Of a DNA stretch of 64,000 bases, positions 25,990-36,352 are shown piece after piece (position 1 is the stretch's first letter; every line of letters begins with the position of its first letter). Below the pieces are notes generated by a model. That model was not told where the DNA came from, did not search any database, and was given only the letters and a program-made list of their open reading frames with translations. Where the stretch lies: assembly GCA_900550255.1 (NCBI GenBank), contig URQZ01000004.1, forward strand, positions 9,481 to 73,480, in the 5' to 3' direction. The stretch is from an uncultured Mycoplasmatota bacterium (lineage in GTDB: Bacteria > Bacillota_I > Bacilli_A > RF39 > UBA660). Position numbers and translations under genes: made by a program.

Positions 25990-27786
25990 TTATCTAAATC
26001 CTCCTCCTGAAGATCCTTCAGCAGAGCTTCCTCCACTACTATAACTACTACCACCGCTACCAGAACTTCTACTAGAACCACTATAATCGTGATCTTCTGA
26101 ACTTCTAGAATTAGCAATTTCGTATCCTCTTACCATCCCAGCATAACCAAAGTCAGCCATATTTATTACAGCTAAAGTTGTAAAATCTGAGTTTAAAAGA
26201 CTTTCCTGATTAAAATTAGGATATATTTTACTAAATTGTTCTGCTACCTTATCAGCTATTCCCATTAATTGAGCAAATATTAAATATTCCTCCCATGTTT
26301 TAACTTCAAAGTATTCACGTTCTGGCATAATACTAAAATCAAGTAAAAACTTTTTTAAACCTTTTAGCTGAGCAGCCTCCTCTTTTAACTTTGGATTAAC
26401 ATTTTTAATTGTGATATTTTTACTAGTACCAAACATTCCTTGTGTTGTTTCTTGTGTTAGAGTAATTAGACCTTCTTTTTCTAAATTTAATTCTACCTGA
26501 TCATCAATTGAACTAAACCATGAACTAACTTCACTATAATTTTTTTTACTCCATTTTTTAAATTCTTTAGCCTCAAGAATTTTATTAGGTCCAGCTGCTG
26601 TTATTAATATTTTTAACAAACCATTTTCTATTTCATTATCAACATTTGTAATTTTAGTGAGATCTATCGCATAATTATTATCCTTGAAACTTAAAATTCC
26701 TTTTTCCATTTTTAAAACTGTTATATAACCATTTTTTATCCATTTCAATAAAATTGCCCCTATAATTCCTTGTTTTACTTTTTCTTCAGGAATAACAGAG
26801 TATTTTAAACAAACCCAATATGCTCTTTCTAAATCTTTATTACTAGGTATTTCTCTATAGTAATTTACATCTTCAGGTAACACATTACCATCCAAGCCAA
26901 AATCAAGATCACCAGATCGTTTTCTTGATCCTAATATAAACTCAGTTAATTTTTCAGATTTTTTATTAAATTTATTTATGAAAATCATAAGTAATACTAT
27001 CCAAAGAATAGGATTAAAAAATATAGCTGCAACTAACAAAAGAAATATATCTTTTATTTCAAATGGTTTTTCTATATCTTTAACATCACTCATAGCTGAG
27101 TCATATACATCATCAAATGATTCAGAAGTTATATTTGAAATATTAAATATATTATGTTCAAATCTAACAAGTCCTACTATATATTGTGATTCAGTTAAAT
27201 TTTTAGCTGTTAATACAATTTTTCCATCTTTAAAATTAATTTCCCCATTATTTCCAAAGTCCCATATTTTAGCATTATCTAAAGAAAAAGGTTCATCAGA
27301 ATGTATAGTTATTTTTACACTATCTACCGCTTTTATTGAACTTAAAAAATTAAAATATATTCCTTGATTATCAGTATATTGTTTTACTAAATTACTTATA
27401 TTATATTTCAATGTATAAGTTCTATTTCCATATTGTGAAATTCCCCAACAAAGTTCAATACCATCATCATTATAATTAATTCCATTTTTATAAGCTTTAT
27501 CACTAAAACTACCAGAAATATCCCAATCAGATAAAAATTCATAATTTCTTCCTAAATCATCACTAACAGTAAAATTTGATATGGAATAAGATTTTGCAGC
27601 ATAACCTCTATATATTTCTGTTCCCTCATTTGAAGTAGTTTTCCAAGTTTCAGTAACTGAAGCATCTCCATTTTTTTCAACAAAAACATCCATATTAATA
27701 TTTTTAATTGAATTTGCTTTTACCTGTGGTATAAAAAGAAAAAAAGTAAATAAAATTAAATATTTTGCTTTATTATATTCTTTCAT
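25990..27786 (-). CDS. DUF2207-like membrane protein with signal peptide, mid-protein TM helices and a Gly/Ser-rich C-terminus
   Basis: The protein is 598 aa. Its N-terminus is a signal peptide, it has central TM segments, and its tail reads 'SGSGGSSYSSGGSSAEGSSGGGFR'. Confidence 0.55.
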   Translation of the reverse strand: MKEYNKAKYLILFTFFLFIPQVKANSIKNINMDVFVEKNGDASVTETWKTTSNEGTEIYRGYAAKSYSISNFTVSDDLGRNYEFLSDWDISGSFSDKAYKNGINYNDDGIELCWGISQYGNRTYTLKYNISNLVKQYTDNQGIYFNFLSSIKAVDSVKITIHSDEPFSLDNAKIWDFGNNGEINFKDGKIVLTAKNLTESQYIVGLVRFEHNIFNISNITSESFDDVYDSAMSDVKDIEKPFEIKDIFLLLVAAIFFNPILWIVLLMIFINKFNKKSEKLTEFILGSRKRSGDLDFGLDGNVLPEDVNYYREIPSNKDLERAYWVCLKYSVIPEEKVKQGIIGAILLKWIKNGYITVLKMEKGILSFKDNNYAIDLTKITNVDNEIENGLLKILITAAGPNKILEAKEFKKWSKKNYSEVSSWFSSIDDQVELNLEKEGLITLTQETTQGMFGTSKNITIKNVNPKLKEEAAQLKGLKKFLLDFSIMPEREYFEVKTWEEYLIFAQLMGIADKVAEQFSKIYPNFNQESLLNSDFTTLAVINMADFGYAGMVRGYEIANSRSSEDHDYSGSSRSSGSGGSSYSSGGSSAEGSSGGGFR

Positions 27787-27806
27787 AATTATTCACTTTC
27801 TTTATT

Positions 27807-28775
27807 CTAAAAAAGGCTTATTAAACTATTAATACTACTAATAGCATTAGATAAAATAAGGCATAAAATTAAAATAATAGCCCCAATACAAGATAAATGG
27901 TAATATATTTTCCCATTTTCATTTTCAAAAACAACTTGTTCATTTATACCAAATAGGAAAATGATAAAGGAGTAAAATATTCCAACAAACAAAACAAACG
28001 CTCCTAAAATTGCCGATATTTTAGTTAAAAGAGGGAATAAAATCATCGTTGATATTACCATTGGCATTAATGATAAGGAAGTTATTCCTAATATATGATA
28101 CATTTTTGTATTTTTTTTCATAATCATAGCTCCAATAAAATATATTACAGCTATACCAACTATTGCTATTGCTACATAAAAATAATTTTTAACGATTAAA
28201 TCAAAGAAATTTAATTCTTTCAAATTACTAAAATCCCATTTTGTCTTGGTAGAAAAATCTGACCAGTCGTACGAAGTAGTACGTGCAGCTGATATTATTC
28301 CTTGTATTAAAGTTAAAATTGTTGTTATAGCACATACTAGTGCTGTTGCAATAATTGATTGTTTCATTTTTAAATTGTTAATTTTTTCCTTAGTTGTTGT
28401 TATAGGTTTTATAAATAAACCAATCATAGATGAAAGAACTCCTACATTTTCATCTGTATTATTATTAACAATTTCTCGATTATTACTCATATCATTTCCT
28501 TCAATATTCATTGAATTAACAAATTGATTTGGAATAGCACTCTCAATATTTGAATTATTATTCATAATTCCTTCATTACTAGTCATCACGTTGCTACTTT
28601 CCACATTTAATTGATTTGGAATAGTACTATCTATATTTTGATTATTAATCATACTTTCTGCATTATTTGGTGCAAAATTAATTGTTTCTATTTGACTTTC
28701 TACTAAACCGCTTCCACATTTCACACAAGTTTTTGAACCATCTATATTTTCAAAGCCACATTTTTTACATACCAT
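27807..28775 (-). CDS. zinc-ribbon domain membrane protein (N-terminal CxxC...CxxC ribbon, Asn-rich repeats, C-terminal multi-TM domain)
   Basis: The N-terminus reads 'CKKCGFENIDGSKTCVKCG'. It is followed by degenerate repeats and a hydrophobic C-terminal half. Confidence 0.55.
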   Translation of the reverse strand: MVCKKCGFENIDGSKTCVKCGSGLVESQIETINFAPNNAESMINNQNIDSTIPNQLNVESSNVMTSNEGIMNNNSNIESAIPNQFVNSMNIEGNDMSNNREIVNNNTDENVGVLSSMIGLFIKPITTTKEKINNLKMKQSIIATALVCAITTILTLIQGIISAARTTSYDWSDFSTKTKWDFSNLKELNFFDLIVKNYFYVAIAIVGIAVIYFIGAMIMKKNTKMYHILGITSLSLMPMVISTMILFPLLTKISAILGAFVLFVGIFYSFIIFLFGINEQVVFENENGKIYYHLSCIGAIILILCLILSNAISSINSLISLF

Positions 28776-28861
28776 ACTAACACTCCTATCTATTTTAATA
28801 TTATCAAAAAAAAGTTCATATATAAAGAACTTTTTTTATCACTATACATTAATTTACATTT

Positions 28862-30232
28862 TTAAAATTGAATCTTTTCTTCAATATAATCTTTTACTTC
28901 ATCAAGCGGTAATGTTATTTGTTCCATTGTATCACGATTTCTAATCGTAACTGTATTGTTGTTTAAGGTTTCATCATCTACCGTTAATACAAATGGTGTT
29001 CCCATAATATCTTGACGACGATAACGTTTTCCAATATTTCCAGATTCATCATAATTTACCATAAAATTTTTACTTAATTGTTTATATATTTCCATAGCTT
29101 TTTCTTGATGATATTTTTTAATAAGTGGTAAAACGGCTAACTTATATGGTGCAATAGCAGGATGAAATTTCATTATCTCACGTGTTGTTTTATCTTCTAA
29201 TTCTTCTTCATGATAAGCATCACACAATATTGCAAGTGTCAATCTATCTGCTCCACAAGAAGATTCAATAACATATGGAATGTATTTTTCATTTGTTTCA
29301 GGATCTAAATATTCCATACTTTTTCCTGAAAATTCTTGATGTCTTTTTAAATCATAATCAGTTCTATTATGATTACCATAAATTTCTCCCCATCCCATTG
29401 GGAATAAATATTCAACGTCACAAGCTTCCTTTGCATAATGGGCTAATTTTTCATGATCTTTAAAACGTAATTTTTGATCATTAAGTCCCAAATCAACAAA
29501 GAAATCATGAGCAAATTTTTTATAATAATTATAATAATCACTATCAGTTCCTTCTTTACAAAAGAATTGATGTTCCATTTGTTCAAATTCAATTGTTCTA
29601 AAAGTAAAATTACCAGGTGTTATTTCATTTCTAAAAGCTTTTCCTATTTGACCAATTCCAAAAGGAATCTTAGGACGCATAGTTCTATATACATTTAAAA
29701 AGTTTACAAACTCCCCTTGAGCTGTTTCAGGTCTTAAATAAATTTTACTTAAACTATCTTTTGTAACACCACGATTAGTTTCAAACATTAAATTAAACTG
29801 TCTAATATCTGTGTAATTACTTTTTCCACATTTTGGACAAGGTATTTTCTTTTCTTTAATAAAATTAACCATTTCTTCTTCACTCATAGCATCAGCATTA
29901 ATATCAGGATAATTATCCTCTATTAACTTATCTGCTCTATGTCTTGCCTTACATTCTTTACAGTCAAGTAATGGATCAGTAAATGAACCAACATGTCCAC
30001 TAGCTTCCCAAACACGTGGATTCATCAAAATAGCAGCATCTACACCATAACTATAAGGACTTTCTTGAACAAATCTTTTCCACCACATTTTTTTTATATT
30101 ATTTTTAAGTTCAACTCCAAGTGGACCATAATCCCATGTATTAGCAAGTCCATCATATATTTCACTTCCTTGAAATATAAATCCATATTTCTTACATAAA
30201 TTTACTAAATCTTGCATTGTTAATTCTTTCAT
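28862..30232 (-). CDS. glyQS: glycine--tRNA ligase, dimeric class II GlyQS type
   Basis: The 456-aa protein has class II motifs ('[21 protein letters not shown]', 'GADRL'). A T-box leader lies upstream. Confidence 0.95.
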   Translation of the reverse strand: MKELTMQDLVNLCKKYGFIFQGSEIYDGLANTWDYGPLGVELKNNIKKMWWKRFVQESPYSYGVDAAILMNPRVWEASGHVGSFTDPLLDCKECKARHRADKLIEDNYPDINADAMSEEEMVNFIKEKKIPCPKCGKSNYTDIRQFNLMFETNRGVTKDSLSKIYLRPETAQGEFVNFLNVYRTMRPKIPFGIGQIGKAFRNEITPGNFTFRTIEFEQMEHQFFCKEGTDSDYYNYYKKFAHDFFVDLGLNDQKLRFKDHEKLAHYAKEACDVEYLFPMGWGEIYGNHNRTDYDLKRHQEFSGKSMEYLDPETNEKYIPYVIESSCGADRLTLAILCDAYHEEELEDKTTREIMKFHPAIAPYKLAVLPLIKKYHQEKAMEIYKQLSKNFMVNYDESGNIGKRYRRQDIMGTPFVLTVDDETLNNNTVTIRNRDTMEQITLPLDEVKDYIEEKIQF

Positions 30233-30239
30233 AATTTAT

Positions 30240-30372
30240 TCCTCTTTCTAATAAAAAAATCTCCTAGATTGTAAGGACGAGTATTCCCGCGGTTCCACCT
30301 TACTTATTCTAGAAGAATCAGCTCTTTTCATATTGCTCGTGGTTTTCCACACCAGTCATCACATCTATATTT
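30240..30372 (-). promoter_or_regulatory. T-box riboswitch leader of glyQS (short glyQS-type)
   Basis: On the minus strand the conserved T-box reads 'AAGGTGGAACCGCGGG' (plus 30286..30300). A short hairpin with a U7 run follows it. The stem I region contains a 'GGAA' candidate specifier and an AGAGC motif. Confidence 0.65.
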
Positions 30373-30374
30373 AT

Positions 30375-30403
30375 ATAATATTACATTATTTATAAAGTGT
30401 CAA
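30375..30403 (-). promoter_or_regulatory. sigma-A promoter of the glyQS leader
   Basis: On the minus strand the -35 is TTGACA (30403..30398), the spacer is 17 nt, and the -10 is TATTAT (30380..30375). Confidence 0.55.
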
Positions 30404-30405
30404 TA

Positions 30406-31122
30406 TTAAAGATTTACATTGTGGTAAATATGATTAGCATCATCTACATCATCTAACATTGTAATTAAACGATTAAACAATTCTAAATCTTCTCCACTTA
30501 AATCAATTTTATCTTTTGGTAGCATTGCTATCTCATCTATTTCAAACTCAATATTTGGTTTTATTTTTTCAATTGCTTCTTTTAAAGCATGAGAATCTTT
30601 TGGACTTCCATAAATAACTACCATATCGTCTTCTGTTTCTATATCTTCGATATCTAAACCAGCTTCAATTATAGCATCCATAATTTCTTCTTCATTTACT
30701 CCTTTAACACCAATAATACATAAATGATCATAGTTAAAAGATACTGAACCTTGAACGCCTATTTTACATTTACATTTATTTAAAACAGCCTTTACATCAC
30801 TAATAGAACGATTAACATTATCAGTTAAACATTCAACGATAACAGTTGATCCAGCAGGTCCAAAAACTTCATAACTGACACGATCATAGTTTTCATCTAC
30901 TCCACTATTAACCTTATCAATAGCACGATTGATGATATCAGCTGGTACTTGTTCTTTTTTAGCTCGATCAATCAATCTTTTTAATGTTGCATTTGAATTA
31001 GGGTCTGCTCCACCTTTTTTAGCAACATCATAAATTTCTCTTGCATACATAGAATATAACTTAGCTTTTGCTGCTCCTGTTTTTTGAATATCTTTTTTTC
31101 TTACTTCATAGGCTCTTCCCAC
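30406..31122 (-). CDS. YebC/PmpR family DNA-binding transcriptional regulator
   Basis: The N-terminus 'MGRAYEVRKKDIQKTGAAKAKLYS...' is typical of the family and is conserved over the full 238-aa length. Confidence 0.9.
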   Translation of the reverse strand: MGRAYEVRKKDIQKTGAAKAKLYSMYAREIYDVAKKGGADPNSNATLKRLIDRAKKEQVPADIINRAIDKVNSGVDENYDRVSYEVFGPAGSTVIVECLTDNVNRSISDVKAVLNKCKCKIGVQGSVSFNYDHLCIIGVKGVNEEEIMDAIIEAGLDIEDIETEDDMVVIYGSPKDSHALKEAIEKIKPNIEFEIDEIAMLPKDKIDLSGEDLELFNRLITMLDDVDDANHIYHNVNL

Positions 31123-31263
31123 GATAACACTTCCTTTAAACTAATTAATATTTTACATTATATACATACTTTTTTCAAGGTTAATTTATACTTACATGTT
31201 ATAAATTAAATAATATATTTATTTTAAATACATGATAAAATTGTCAATTTCCAATTACCTTCT

Positions 31264-31611
31264 TTATTTTTCTAAATCGATTAGTTTTATTTCAATTCCA
31301 ACTACTCCATATTTTGCTTGTTCTTCCTTTGAATAGTACTTGTCCATATCTTCAGGATTAGCTATTTCATCAGCTTTATATCCAATAGATATTTTATCAA
31401 AATGTTTATATAATTCAGAAAAACTATCAAAATGGTGTAGTTTAATAACTTCTACTTCTATTTTTTCTAACGTAATTCGATTTTCAAATTCTATGATATC
31501 ATGTTCTTTTATAAGTTTTCTTTTTTCATCATTTAATCTTAGTTCAACTTTCTTTGTGCCACTTTTAATCGCTTTAAATGGGCCATTTTTTAAACGCATT
31601 TTGTATATCAT
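31264..31611 (-). CDS. ASCH (PUA-like) domain protein
   Basis: This small beta-barrel protein is read from the ORF translation. It shares its architecture with the adjacent gene. Confidence 0.5.
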   Translation of the reverse strand: MIYKMRLKNGPFKAIKSGTKKVELRLNDEKRKLIKEHDIIEFENRITLEKIEVEVIKLHHFDSFSELYKHFDKISIGYKADEIANPEDMDKYYSKEEQAKYGVVGIEIKLIDLEK

Positions 31612-31994
31612 TATTTTACCTCACAATTCCATAAACCAAGTTTACCTTTTACCGAAATTGGTTCATCATATTTTTTTATATTTTCAAGTTTCCATGCATA
31701 TTTCATAACATGATTAGCCTTTCCATAAACAATAGGATCAATTTTTAATAATTCTTGATTAAATTTTTCATCTACTAAAATACAATCTGTAAGATTTGCT
31801 TCTCCTATTATTTGACCCTTACTACACTCTAAATTGTAGTTCTCAAATTTTTTTAACATATCTTTTTCTAAAGACATTCCTGCATGTATTAAAATTTTAC
31901 CTCTATATTTAGTTTTCCAACTTCTAAACTCATATTTTTTATAACCATCAATTATAAGTGTTGCCCAAGGTTCTTTTATAGTTAATGCTTTCAT
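31611..31994 (-). CDS. ASCH domain protein
   Basis: The block 'TIKEPWATLIIDGYKKYEFRSW' resembles the N-terminus of the ASCH/YqfB family. Confidence 0.55.
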   Translation of the reverse strand: MKALTIKEPWATLIIDGYKKYEFRSWKTKYRGKILIHAGMSLEKDMLKKFENYNLECSKGQIIGEANLTDCILVDEKFNQELLKIDPIVYGKANHVMKYAWKLENIKKYDEPISVKGKLGLWNCEVK

Positions 31995-32071
31995 ACTAAG
32001 ATCACTCCTAGTCTTAGTTTATATATTGTATTTAGTTTTGTCAACATCAAAAAAAGCAAGAAACTTGCTTT

Positions 32072-32347
32072 TTATTGTACAAATCCAGAACATTTACCAC
32101 AATCTAAATTGCATACTTGTTCTTCTTCTGAGCAAGTATATTGTGGTGTATAAGTATGTTTATAAATATGTTTGTTTATAGTATGTGTATGAATAGGACA
32201 TACGTGTGGAACTTCATGATAGAATTCTTGTTCTACACATTTAGTTATAGTTGGTTCAACAACTGGTTGTTCTGAGCAACAACTATTTTGATTCATTCCA
32301 AATCCCATTCCAAATTGTCTGTTAGAGCAACATCTATTTGAAAACAT
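32072..32347 (-). CDS. Cys/His-rich small protein, CotD-like (possible spore coat protein)
   Basis: The block 'VPHVCPIHTHTINKHIYKHTYTPQYT' and multiple CC/C pairs resemble the His/Pro-rich pattern of CotD. There are hairpin terminators at both ends. Confidence 0.4.
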   Translation of the reverse strand: MFSNRCCSNRQFGMGFGMNQNSCCSEQPVVEPTITKCVEQEFYHEVPHVCPIHTHTINKHIYKHTYTPQYTCSEEEQVCNLDCGKCSGFVQ

Positions 32348-32462
32348 TTTTATTCCCCCTTACCTAATTTATCATATGTAAGTTTATATTATTTGAATAT
32401 GTAATTTGTCTACTTAAAAACAAATTAATTTATTTACATATATAATTAAAATAAAGGTCTTT

Positions 32463-33710
32463 TTAATCATTATTAACAATCTTTATAACAGTATAATTAC
32501 TAAAATCAAATGAATTCATATAATCTTCTAGTTCTTTTAAGCTAAAATCATTTATATCATTAACAGTATCAAAATATTCGTATTCAAAGCTAACAATATT
32601 ATCAATAAAAGGAAGAATCATAGAACTTAAACTATCAGGTCTAATACTTATATTCATTTTACATTGTTTACAATATAAATCAAATAATTCTTTATCAAAA
32701 ATAAAATTACCACTAAATACCTTTTTTATTTCTTTTAAAAATTTATCATCTTCATCAGTATATGCCCCTACCGAAAGAAGATAATAATTATCTAAAACCC
32801 AATAAGTTGAATTAATACTATCAACAATAACTTTTTCCTCAAATAACTTTTGATAAACTGAAGATGTAGTTCCAAAATTCATTCGATTAAAAATACCTAG
32901 ATAAAAATCTAACTTTAATATATCTTTATATGTAAGATTTGATATATCTATTTTATAAGTAATATCAACAAACTGTTTCCCAGTAGGCATTTTAACTATA
33001 TCTGATTTTTTATCTACTTCTTTTGGTTCATTATAATCAATTAATTTAACACTATTAAAATTATTTTCATATTTTGAACAAATATCAATAATAATTTTTT
33101 TTACTTTTTCAACATCAAAATTTCCTGCTACAACAACAATTTGATTATTTGGATTATAAAAAGCATCATAACACAATTTAACCTGTTCATACGAAAAATT
33201 CATTACATTATTCAAATCGCCTAGATTATTAATATAAGGGATTTTTTTAAAAATATTTTTCATTTTAACATCATTTAATAATCTAAATTTATTATCCCTT
33301 TGCATTCTAACTTCTTGATAAATAGCACCTTTTGTTTTTTCAATATCTTCTTGATTAAAATCAGCCTCATTAATAGCTCTAATTAATGTTTCAATTCCAA
33401 TTTCAACATTTTCAACGGCATTAAAATAAAATTGTGTCATATCAGTATAAGTCACACCATTAGTAGACATTTGTTTTTCTCCAAGTACATGAATTAAATT
33501 ACCATACTTACTCGTTTCAATTAAAAGGTGTTCAATAAAATGAGCCATCCCATTTGGAATATTGTATTCTTTATCATCAATTTTAAAATCATTATAAAAG
33601 CCACCATATTTAGTTATAAAATTAACAAACGTTGAATGCTTAGTACTATCTTTATAAAGATATATCTTCATTCCATTTTCTAAAGTTAACTTTTCTAAAT
33701 TATTTTCCAT
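32463..33710 (-). CDS. M16 family zinc peptidase (insulinase-like), active subunit
   Basis: The inverted zincin motif HxxEH appears as 'GMAHFIEHLLIE'. Confidence 0.7.
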   Translation of the reverse strand: MENNLEKLTLENGMKIYLYKDSTKHSTFVNFITKYGGFYNDFKIDDKEYNIPNGMAHFIEHLLIETSKYGNLIHVLGEKQMSTNGVTYTDMTQFYFNAVENVEIGIETLIRAINEADFNQEDIEKTKGAIYQEVRMQRDNKFRLLNDVKMKNIFKKIPYINNLGDLNNVMNFSYEQVKLCYDAFYNPNNQIVVVAGNFDVEKVKKIIIDICSKYENNFNSVKLIDYNEPKEVDKKSDIVKMPTGKQFVDITYKIDISNLTYKDILKLDFYLGIFNRMNFGTTSSVYQKLFEEKVIVDSINSTYWVLDNYYLLSVGAYTDEDDKFLKEIKKVFSGNFIFDKELFDLYCKQCKMNISIRPDSLSSMILPFIDNIVSFEYEYFDTVNDINDFSLKELEDYMNSFDFSNYTVIKIVNND

Positions 33711-34941
33711 TTTTATTTCCCCCTAAAAAATAAATTGTATCTAGATACATGCGACTTGCAAAGTCACTTATATCACTTGGTGTTAAGGTTTTTATAAGTT
33801 GATATTCTTCCTCTAAAGTTTGATCAATTTTTAAGAATTTAGCAATTTGTTCATTTACTAAACCATAATGATTATCTTTAATAGATTCTAAGCTTATTCT
33901 TTTTCTTTCTTTTATATTTTCTAAGAGTGGTTCTATAACTTCCTTATTCTTTAACATTTCAATCGTTTGTTTAATTCTATCTATAGCCTCTTCTTTAGCA
34001 TTCTTATGAATTAAAGCTTTTGTAATAAGAACGGCATTATGACTTAAAGTTGTTGAATAAGTACTATAAACTAGTTTTCCATCATCGCGTAAATTTTTGT
34101 GCAACAAACTAGAAGACTGTGAGGAAAGAAGAGAAGATATAACAAATAATAATACTCTATCTTCTTCCTTCATTTCTTTTATTTTATATATTAAATATAA
34201 AGCTGATTGATGAAATGGACCTTCTTCTTCTATTTTTTGAACTTCATTTCTAAGTGGTAAAAAATAATTATATGATGTTGAAAATTCTTTTTGTATTCTC
34301 TTACTATCAAAAAGATACTTTTTTAAGATTTTTTCTAATTTATTTTTATCACAATTTCCTGATACAAAAACGATTGGTAAATAAGGTTTTATTGTTTTCT
34401 CATAAAATTTATAGACATCGCTTGGGGTCAAAGTATCTAACTGCTCTGCATAATTGTAAAGATCCATTTTCAAATAACCAGTGTCATCTATAAGCTCATA
34501 AACTCGCTGAATACTGTAACCATTAATATTGCGTTTAGAATTGTTAATTCCAATTTTTAAACATTCTTTTTCTCTTGTAAATTGATCTAAATCAAATTCA
34601 CCATTTTTAACATTTGGTTTATAAATTGTTTCAATAAAGAATTTAACTGTATTTTCTAAAAAATCTTCATCTATTTCTTTTGGAGCTGGAACAACAAGAT
34701 TAAAACAATAAAAACATTGTTTTGCCAATTCTATTCGGTTATAAGAAAAATTTAAAATATAGTTTCTTAAAAATTCTTTTTGAAATTCATCTTCCTTTCT
34801 AAATTTCTCACTTGTATTAATAAGTAAGCGAGGTAACATACACATGCAAGCTAAATTTTCTTTACTTATTTCAAATGGATATAAAAATTTAATTATTAAA
34901 GTTTTAAATTTTTTATTGTCCAAATAATTAATATTAGCCAT
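33700..34941 (-). CDS. M16 family peptidase-like protein, probably a non-catalytic partner subunit
   Basis: It overlaps the downstream M16 gene by 11 nt. The length is similar and no HxxEH motif is apparent. Confidence 0.55.
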   Translation of the reverse strand: MANINYLDNKKFKTLIIKFLYPFEISKENLACMCMLPRLLINTSEKFRKEDEFQKEFLRNYILNFSYNRIELAKQCFYCFNLVVPAPKEIDEDFLENTVKFFIETIYKPNVKNGEFDLDQFTREKECLKIGINNSKRNINGYSIQRVYELIDDTGYLKMDLYNYAEQLDTLTPSDVYKFYEKTIKPYLPIVFVSGNCDKNKLEKILKKYLFDSKRIQKEFSTSYNYFLPLRNEVQKIEEEGPFHQSALYLIYKIKEMKEEDRVLLFVISSLLSSQSSSLLHKNLRDDGKLVYSTYSTTLSHNAVLITKALIHKNAKEEAIDRIKQTIEMLKNKEVIEPLLENIKERKRISLESIKDNHYGLVNEQIAKFLKIDQTLEEEYQLIKTLTPSDISDFASRMYLDTIYFLGGNKNGK

Positions 34942-34984
34942 ATCAAATCCTCCAGTCTAATATTTTGAAATTTTCATTGAAATT

Positions 34985-36292
34985 CTAAAATGGCATTTTC
35001 ATCTTACCATTTTGCATCATTTTCATCATTTTTTTCATTTCTTCAAACTGTTTTAACAAACGATTAACTTCTTCAACACTTCGTCCACTACCTTTAGCTA
35101 TACGTTGTTTACGACTAGCCTTTAAAATAGCCGGATTTCGTCTTTCTTCTTTAGTCATAGATAAAATAATAGCTTCAATATGAGCCATATCTTTAGGATC
35201 AACTTTGACATTATTAAGACCCATTTTTTTAGCACCAGGTAACATTTTTAAAATATTTTCAAGTGGTCCTAATTTCTTTATTTGATTTAAAGTTGATAAA
35301 AAATCTTCCAAATCAAATTTTCCTTTTTGCATTTTTTTAGCCGTTTTCATAGCTTCTTCTTCATCAATAACTGATTCAGCTTTTTCAACGATGGACATTA
35401 TATCTCCCATACCTAGAATTCTAGTAGCCATTCTATCTGGATAAAATTCTTCTAGTCCATCTAATTTTTCACTAACACCAATAAATTTAATTGGAACATT
35501 AGTTAAATGTCTAATAGATAGTGCGGCTCCACCTCTTGTATCTCCATCTAATTTTGTTAGTATTGCCCCTGTCAAAGACAGTCTACTGTTAAATCCTTCA
35601 ATAACATTAATTGCATCTTGTCCAGTCATACTGTCTATAACAAGTAATACTTCATCTGGTTTAACTTTTTCATTAATGTTATTTAGTTCATCCATTAATT
35701 CTTCATCAATATGAAGTCGACCTGCTGTATCAATTAAAACATAATCATAATTATTTTCTTTGGCATAAGAAATGGCATTACTAGAAATTTCAACAGGATT
35801 GCCTTTTCCTTCATCATATACTTCAATATTAAGTTCACGTCCTAATTGTTTTAATTGTTCAATTGCTGCAGGACGATAGACATCACATGCAACTAAAAGT
35901 GGTTTCTTTTTATGTTTTTTTCTTAATAAATTGGCAATTTTAGCAATAGTTGTTGTTTTACCACTACCCTGAAGACCAACTAACATTAAGACAGCTGGAT
36001 TTCCCTTTAAATTTAAATCTTCTTTTTCTCCACCTAATAATTCTACTAATTCGTCTTTTACAATTTTAACAAACATTTCTCCCGGCTTTAGTGATTTTGC
36101 TACTTCTTCACCTAAAGCTTTTTCTTTTACATTTGCAATAAATTCTTTTACTACTTTATAATTGACATCTGCTTCTAATAAAGCAAGTCTAATCTCTCTT
36201 GTCATTTCACTAATATTTTCTTCAGTTATTTTGCCATAACCTTTAATTTTATTCATGACATTTTGTAATCTATCACCTAAGTTTTCAAACAT
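34985..36292 (-). CDS. ffh: signal recognition particle protein Ffh
   Basis: The N domain is followed by a GTPase domain with the P-loop 'GLQGSGKTT', 'DTAGR' and 'TKLDG' motifs. A Met-rich M domain lies at the C-terminus. Confidence 0.95.
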   Translation of the reverse strand: MFENLGDRLQNVMNKIKGYGKITEENISEMTREIRLALLEADVNYKVVKEFIANVKEKALGEEVAKSLKPGEMFVKIVKDELVELLGGEKEDLNLKGNPAVLMLVGLQGSGKTTTIAKIANLLRKKHKKKPLLVACDVYRPAAIEQLKQLGRELNIEVYDEGKGNPVEISSNAISYAKENNYDYVLIDTAGRLHIDEELMDELNNINEKVKPDEVLLVIDSMTGQDAINVIEGFNSRLSLTGAILTKLDGDTRGGAALSIRHLTNVPIKFIGVSEKLDGLEEFYPDRMATRILGMGDIMSIVEKAESVIDEEEAMKTAKKMQKGKFDLEDFLSTLNQIKKLGPLENILKMLPGAKKMGLNNVKVDPKDMAHIEAIILSMTKEERRNPAILKASRKQRIAKGSGRSVEEVNRLLKQFEEMKKMMKMMQNGKMKMPF

Positions 36293-36352
36293 TTTATCAC
36301 CTTTCTACATTATATAATAATTTGCTTTAAAAAGCTATAAAAAAGAATAGAT

